Position numbers and translations under genes: made by a program. This document shows positions 63,445 through 64,000 of a stretch of 64,000 bases of DNA, one piece after another. Origin of the DNA: the human T2T-CHM13v2.0 reference genome, Homo sapiens; NCBI RefSeq assembly GCF_009914755.1, contig NC_060934.1; one strand, written 5' to 3'. Positions within the stretch are counted from its first letter, which is position 1. Each line of letters opens with the position of its first letter. Below the pieces are notes generated by a model, which was not told the origin of the DNA, made no database searches, and saw only the letters and a program-made list of their open reading frames with translations.

Positions 63445-63732
63445 GATTGGTGAGTTATCATTATATTACTTAGAGAGTCTATTTTAACTAAGATCTGTGT
63501 AAAGGGGAAGCAATAGCTTTATCTCAAGCAAATAATAGTATGTGGCATTATGAATTCTTAATATGACACCCGAAATTAATCTGAGCATAGCAGGAAAAAA
63601 GATGATTTCTGTATATGTAATATTTTTGCTAGGTTATTTAGGTGTTTGATATACGGTTAAAAGCAAAGATATTTTTTTCTTCCTTTCCAACATGTATCAT
63701 GTTAGTATTCAATCAATATTTTATTGCATTGA

Positions 63733-64000
<268 letters not shown>

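Overview
Primate (almost certainly human) genomic DNA. The window is mostly intron of a + strand multi-exon gene that I recognise from the spliced translation as CCDC7 (the downstream exons belong to the long isoform, formerly annotated as C10orf68). Seven internal coding exons with GT-AG boundaries splice into one open frame ([11 protein letters not shown]...YPQITAQSGRLIEK|SSEKKRSS...AEKSQ). An eighth exon at 53110 supplies the short-isoform ending (...EKRC*) and a poly(A) signal. The first ~43 kb is dominated by nested LINE-1 elements: several old antisense L1s plus one full-length but disabled sense-strand L1PA3/4. There are ~18 Alus, solo LTRs (MER4, LTR10, MLT1, MER21), an ERVL-like pol remnant, DNA transposons (Tigger13a, MER1A, MER94), L2/MIR fragments and microsatellites. 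Almost every ORF in the supplied track is L1-, Alu- or microsatellite-derived, and none covers the real exons in their spliced frame. I see no novel enzyme or defence system. The best leads are (i) a frame-logic splicing switch between the 35-nt exon at 50539 and the 68-nt exon at 53110, (ii) a palindromic TA-rich repair scar carrying an exact 28-bp copy of sequence 8.5 kb upstream, and (iii) an L1-into-L1 replacement junction with a local inverted duplication. Repeat subfamily names are from recalled consensus features and were not computed; most repeat boundaries are approximate.
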